Shown here one piece after another: positions 19,301 through 22,229 of a DNA stretch of 22,229 nucleotides. The notes beneath the pieces were generated by a model. That model was not told the origin of the DNA. It saw only the letters and a list, made by a program, of their open reading frames with translations, and ran no database searches. The translations under genes were made by a program, and so were the position numbers. The stretch is taken from assembly GCF_006345805.1 (NCBI RefSeq), contig NW_021836978.1, positions 1-22,229 of the forward strand, in the 5' to 3' direction. The stretch comes from Octopus sinensis (Eukaryota). The stretch's first letter is position 1, and the number at the start of each line of letters is the position of its first letter.

Positions 19301-20340
19301 TCACCCTGGCTACTTCCTCTGGCACTCCACTAACAACAGGAGAATAGTTCCGACCCTCGCGGACAAAGTCCGCAAGCTTATACGATCCCCTCCGGACATT
19401 AACCAGAGGGGATTCACGACCTGGTGGCTACGAGGGCAATCAGATGTCTTGGAATAAACAAGCTTCTGGGACGCTTCCTCCGCCGCCAATTAATAAGATC
19501 GAATCCTCCCTCTCAAGAGAAGCCCGAGTGAACTTGGCTCGTCTCCGCTGTGGCCACCATACTGGCCTACATGATTATCGCATAAAAATCGGTCTTGGTG
19601 AAATAACCCCTTCCTATTCCCTCAACGACCTTTTCTCCTGTCCAGGCCCGCCTTCTACTTCCTCGGAACACCGGATCACGATCGGGGATCTTTGGGAGCG
19701 TCCGACATTGGCTCTAACGTTCTTGTTAGCCACCGGCTTCCTTCAATTGAAGGGGCGGGGGTAAATAATAAATAAACTCTTTATATCTTCTTACATCAAT
19801 AAGATCCGCCTGGAATCTTTCATTGGGTTTTCCTGCAGTTACATGGTAATTAGAATCCGACACCTAGGTATATTTTTTTAAAATACTTTCAATGGTAGGG
19901 CAAATTTACAAATTTCGCAGTCTTTTATAATTTGTTCGATGATTGGACGTTTTACAGTGAAATAGAATTCACTGCACTTTTTCTGAAGCTTTCGTATTCC
20001 CCAGTGGGATTCTTGGTGAATGGCGAATGCTAGTGTCCTCATCTCCATTTCATTGTCCAGACAAATGACCAATTTGTGTTTTTGGTTATTCTCGTCCTTT
20101 AGATAAAGACTATGAGTTAGGAGTCGCAAATATACCGATCATTAATAATGATAAATTGAGTCGCTTTTTTCATAAGTTTGTATTTTTCTGACTTGGATGT
20201 AGTCATCACTGGTTGTTGAAGTAGTACACTTCTCAGATTTTGGTATTCACTGTCGTTTTTCACGTAGCCTAAGAATTAAGACTATATGAGCTAACATCTT
20301 TGAGAGAAACATAATTTTTTTCTAAAATGACGCTAACCAT
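16364..20340 (-). pseudogene. HHCC zinc finger + DD35E integrase-like transposase of Ginger-like element B, with at least six micro-introns, split by a LINE
   Basis: ...IINDR|LYLKDE...IHQESHWG...CEIC...PLK|VSDSNYHVTAGKPNERFQADLIDVRRY[LINE]KEFNDGCNWILTIIDIHSKF...KNKTAS|EVV...LQTDKG...GRPNHPQSQ|GVIERFNQTL...YNTTHHSAINETPF. Introns at 20110-20135 (26 nt), 19864-19886 (23), 16962-16988 (27) and 16780-16801 (22), plus two more of about 24 and 25 nt at about 16490-16585. One in-frame TAA and several frameshifts. The start codon is uncertain. Confidence 0.85.
17088..19772 (+). mobile_element. 5'-truncated APE-type non-LTR retrotransposon (I/Jockey group), 2685 bp
   Basis: 12-bp TSD TAAACTCTTTAT (17076-17087 and 19773-19784). 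APE C-half (CGDFNAHHPLW, SPDITL, TDHNPI); RT (PGPDG-like RGPDG, FRPISLISVVSKITE, SQHGFR, DIEKAFD, GVPQGSVLSPALFN, YADD); C-terminal LARLRCGH; short TAAATAATAAA tail. Several frameshifts. Confidence 0.92.
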
Positions 20341-20651
20341 TTCTTAAAATGAATTTTTTCCGGTTTAAATATCAAACTAATCACCTGTCAAACTGAAGGT
20401 CATAACCTGTCAAACTGATGGTCGCCAGCGTGGGATGGTCGCCAGCGTGGGTCGCGACATATTTAAAATGAATATTATTTAATTTTAAATGGTGTTTTAA
20501 GAATATTCCTTTTTGCTGTTACAGACTGTACATGTTAATTTTAATAATGTTTCAGATTTCAGATTTATTAATATTTTTTCTATAGTGTGTTAATGAATTA
20601 ATCTTTGTTGATAAGTTGTTGTGGTGTTTGTGCATGTCCGTTCCTAATGAT

Positions 20652-22229
20652 ATGAGGAAATCGAATCCTAGGGGCCTTCCTGCGAAAAAGATAAAAATAA
20701 CATAACAAGTGCAGGAGTGTCGTCTCTGGGGCTGGATAACAGCACAAGGACTAGTATTCATGACAATCCAATTGCTGGGAATCCTACTATCCCAACTAAC
20801 TTGCATTCCCTTTCGGCCATTATCGATGATGCTATTTGTGTTTCTGAAGCTGAGTGGGTGTCTCAGATTGTTTATGCCACGAAGCAAAGAATTGGGAGGA
20901 TACCAAGAGGTGGATGGAACCTTATCCGTGAGAAGTTTAATTCAAAATTCTCGAAGAGTGCAAGTCTCAGTCAACTCAAAGGAATGGTTAAACCAATGAG
21001 AGTGGATAATAATTATGGAAGCAATTGCCATCAGAAGCAATTTCTTGAGAGCTCAGAAATTTCCACTTTTAGAAAGTGTCTAGAAGAGTTGAATATACAA
21101 ATTAAGAATATTGAATCGATTCCAAGGGATTCACGTAAACCAACTCCAAAAATTCAAAATAAATATTTGAAAACTGATATATTGACAGGATTGAATTCGG
21201 CGATATATATATCACGAAAGATAATCATCCTAATGATATCAATAGCATTTCTGATATTCTATATGCTGCTCAATGTGCGTATTTATCTCTAACCATGAGA
21301 TACAAAGCACAGAGCACATGGTAGAAAATATTGAAAAGAAAATTTCAAAATTATCTGCAGAATCGGAAATTGTTAATTCCCATTCCAATCAAACACTACC
21401 TCCATCTGAAAAGCAAAAGGTAATGGATGTTCTCTGTCGTCTATGGGTATAAGAAAACTAAGAAAGGTGAGCTGTCGAGGATTCAGATATTATTGCAAGA
21501 CCTGATTAGGATTAACATAAGAAAATAGAAGTTCATAATTCAAGGAAGCAATTTCGTAAGGATAATCAGTGCTTTGAATTAAATCGAAAAAGATTCTATC
21601 GAGACTTAACAAAGAAAGAGGAAGTGACGCTGTATGGATTTGATGATGAAGAATGTGTCTCTTTTTGGCAAAAAGTCTGGAGCGAGAGAAATGAGAGGCC
21701 TCAATTTTATGACGTTGTTGGAAAACGAACTACTTGTGCTGAACATATGCTTCCAGAGTTTACGGAAGAGTTTTTTTGGAAATGTTATTAAGTATCTTCC
21801 TGACTGGAAGGCATGTGGATGTGATGGGATATATAACTTTTTCATTAAGAAGATGGAGTCATTACATGGATTTCTGTGTCACGAGATAACCCGAATAATT
21901 AATGGAGAGTACATGCCTGAAAGTTGGTTTTACACTGGAATAACATATTTGATTCCTAAAAAAGATGATTGTGAGACCCCGAAGGACTTACGTCCTATAA
22001 CGTGTATGCCGACATTGTATAAACTTGTCACCAAATGTGTTAATGTAAAACTGGCTGATTTTGTCGAGGCATTTGGCCTAATTTCAGACAACCAACTTGG
22101 AACGAGGAAGTATTGTCAAGGCGCCAAGGAGCAAGCTCTCATTAACCAATGTTTGAACAAGGAGTACGGGAATGCCTTTATTCTGCTTGGGTCGATGTGA
22201 AAAAAGCATATGACTCAGTTGATCATGAT
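20652..22229 (+). mobile_element. 5' part of an RLE-type non-LTR retrotransposon (R4/Dong-like), running off the window
   Basis: N-terminal GGWNLIREKFNSKF..QL (Myb/HTH-like) and KPTPKI, then PDWKACGCDGIYNFFIKK, TGITYLIPK, DLRPITCMPTLYKLVT, NQLG...GAKEQALI and DVKKAYDSVDH at the window edge, which are R4/Dong-type RT motifs. Frameshifted; the exact 5' boundary is unknown. Confidence 0.8.

Larger units (their letters stand above)
16214..20459 (-). mobile_element. Ginger/TDD-like integrase-type DNA transposon, family B (1549 bp without the nested LINE)
   Basis: Perfect 43-bp TIRs TGTCGCGA(CCCACGCTGGCGACCAT)x2 C at 16214-16256 and 20417-20459. The 5-bp TSD TATTT lies at 16209-16213 and 20460-20464. 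Removing the element restores the Tc1 TIR. Confidence 0.9.
12901..20528 (-). mobile_element. Tc1-family (DD34E, IR/DR type) DNA transposon, 1494 bp when the nested inserts are removed
   Basis: TA|CAGTCTGTAACAGCAAAAAGG at 12901 and CCTTTTTGCTGTTACAGACTG|TA at 20528. The left TIR is 12901-13089 (189 bp). The right TIR reassembles from 14206-14305 + 16189-16213 + 20465-20528 (100+25+64 = 189 bp, about 4 mismatches). Confidence 0.93.

Noticed and set aside
13119-20340. Programmed ribosomal frameshifting in the transposase genes
   Set aside because: The shifts are scattered single-base indels, mostly in homopolymers, consistent with decay or unpolished long-read errors in repeats; the host genes show none.
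14306-20459. Integrase genes as remnants of Gypsy/LTR retrotransposons or Polintons
   Set aside because: Both are bounded by short inverted repeats with 5-bp TSDs rather than LTRs, have no gag, protease, RT, RNase H or DNA polymerase of their own, and contain introns.

Overview
Eukaryotic (animal-type) genomic DNA with very short spliceosomal introns. Three host genes can be reconstructed by hand: EMG1/NEP1 (455-1217, -, 5 introns), an ezrin/radixin/moesin (ERM) gene (2129-4959, +, about 17 introns) and AP-3 complex subunit delta (about 9100-11769, -, about 19 introns). Nearly all introns are 21-29 nt. With the ERM gene and the standard genetic code, this points by inference to a dicyemid-like miniaturised animal genome; the species cannot be fixed from sequence alone. 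The rest is transposon pile-up: degraded non-LTR retrotransposon fragments at about 5.5-9.05 kb and 12.1-12.8 kb, and a nest at 12.8-22.2 kb whose junctions resolve to the base. In the nest, a probable hAT end is followed by a Tc1 DD34E element (12901-20528, 189-bp IR/DR TIRs, TA TSD). Its right TIR is split by two different TGTC...GACA, 5-bp-TSD integrase-type (Ginger/TDD-like) DNA transposons. One carries a telomere-like repeat array; the other is interrupted by a 5'-truncated LINE. An R4/Dong-like retrotransposon runs off the right end. The most notable signal is that both Ginger-like transposase genes are split by host-sized 22-35-nt introns. Protein and family assignments come from motif recognition and recall, not database searches.
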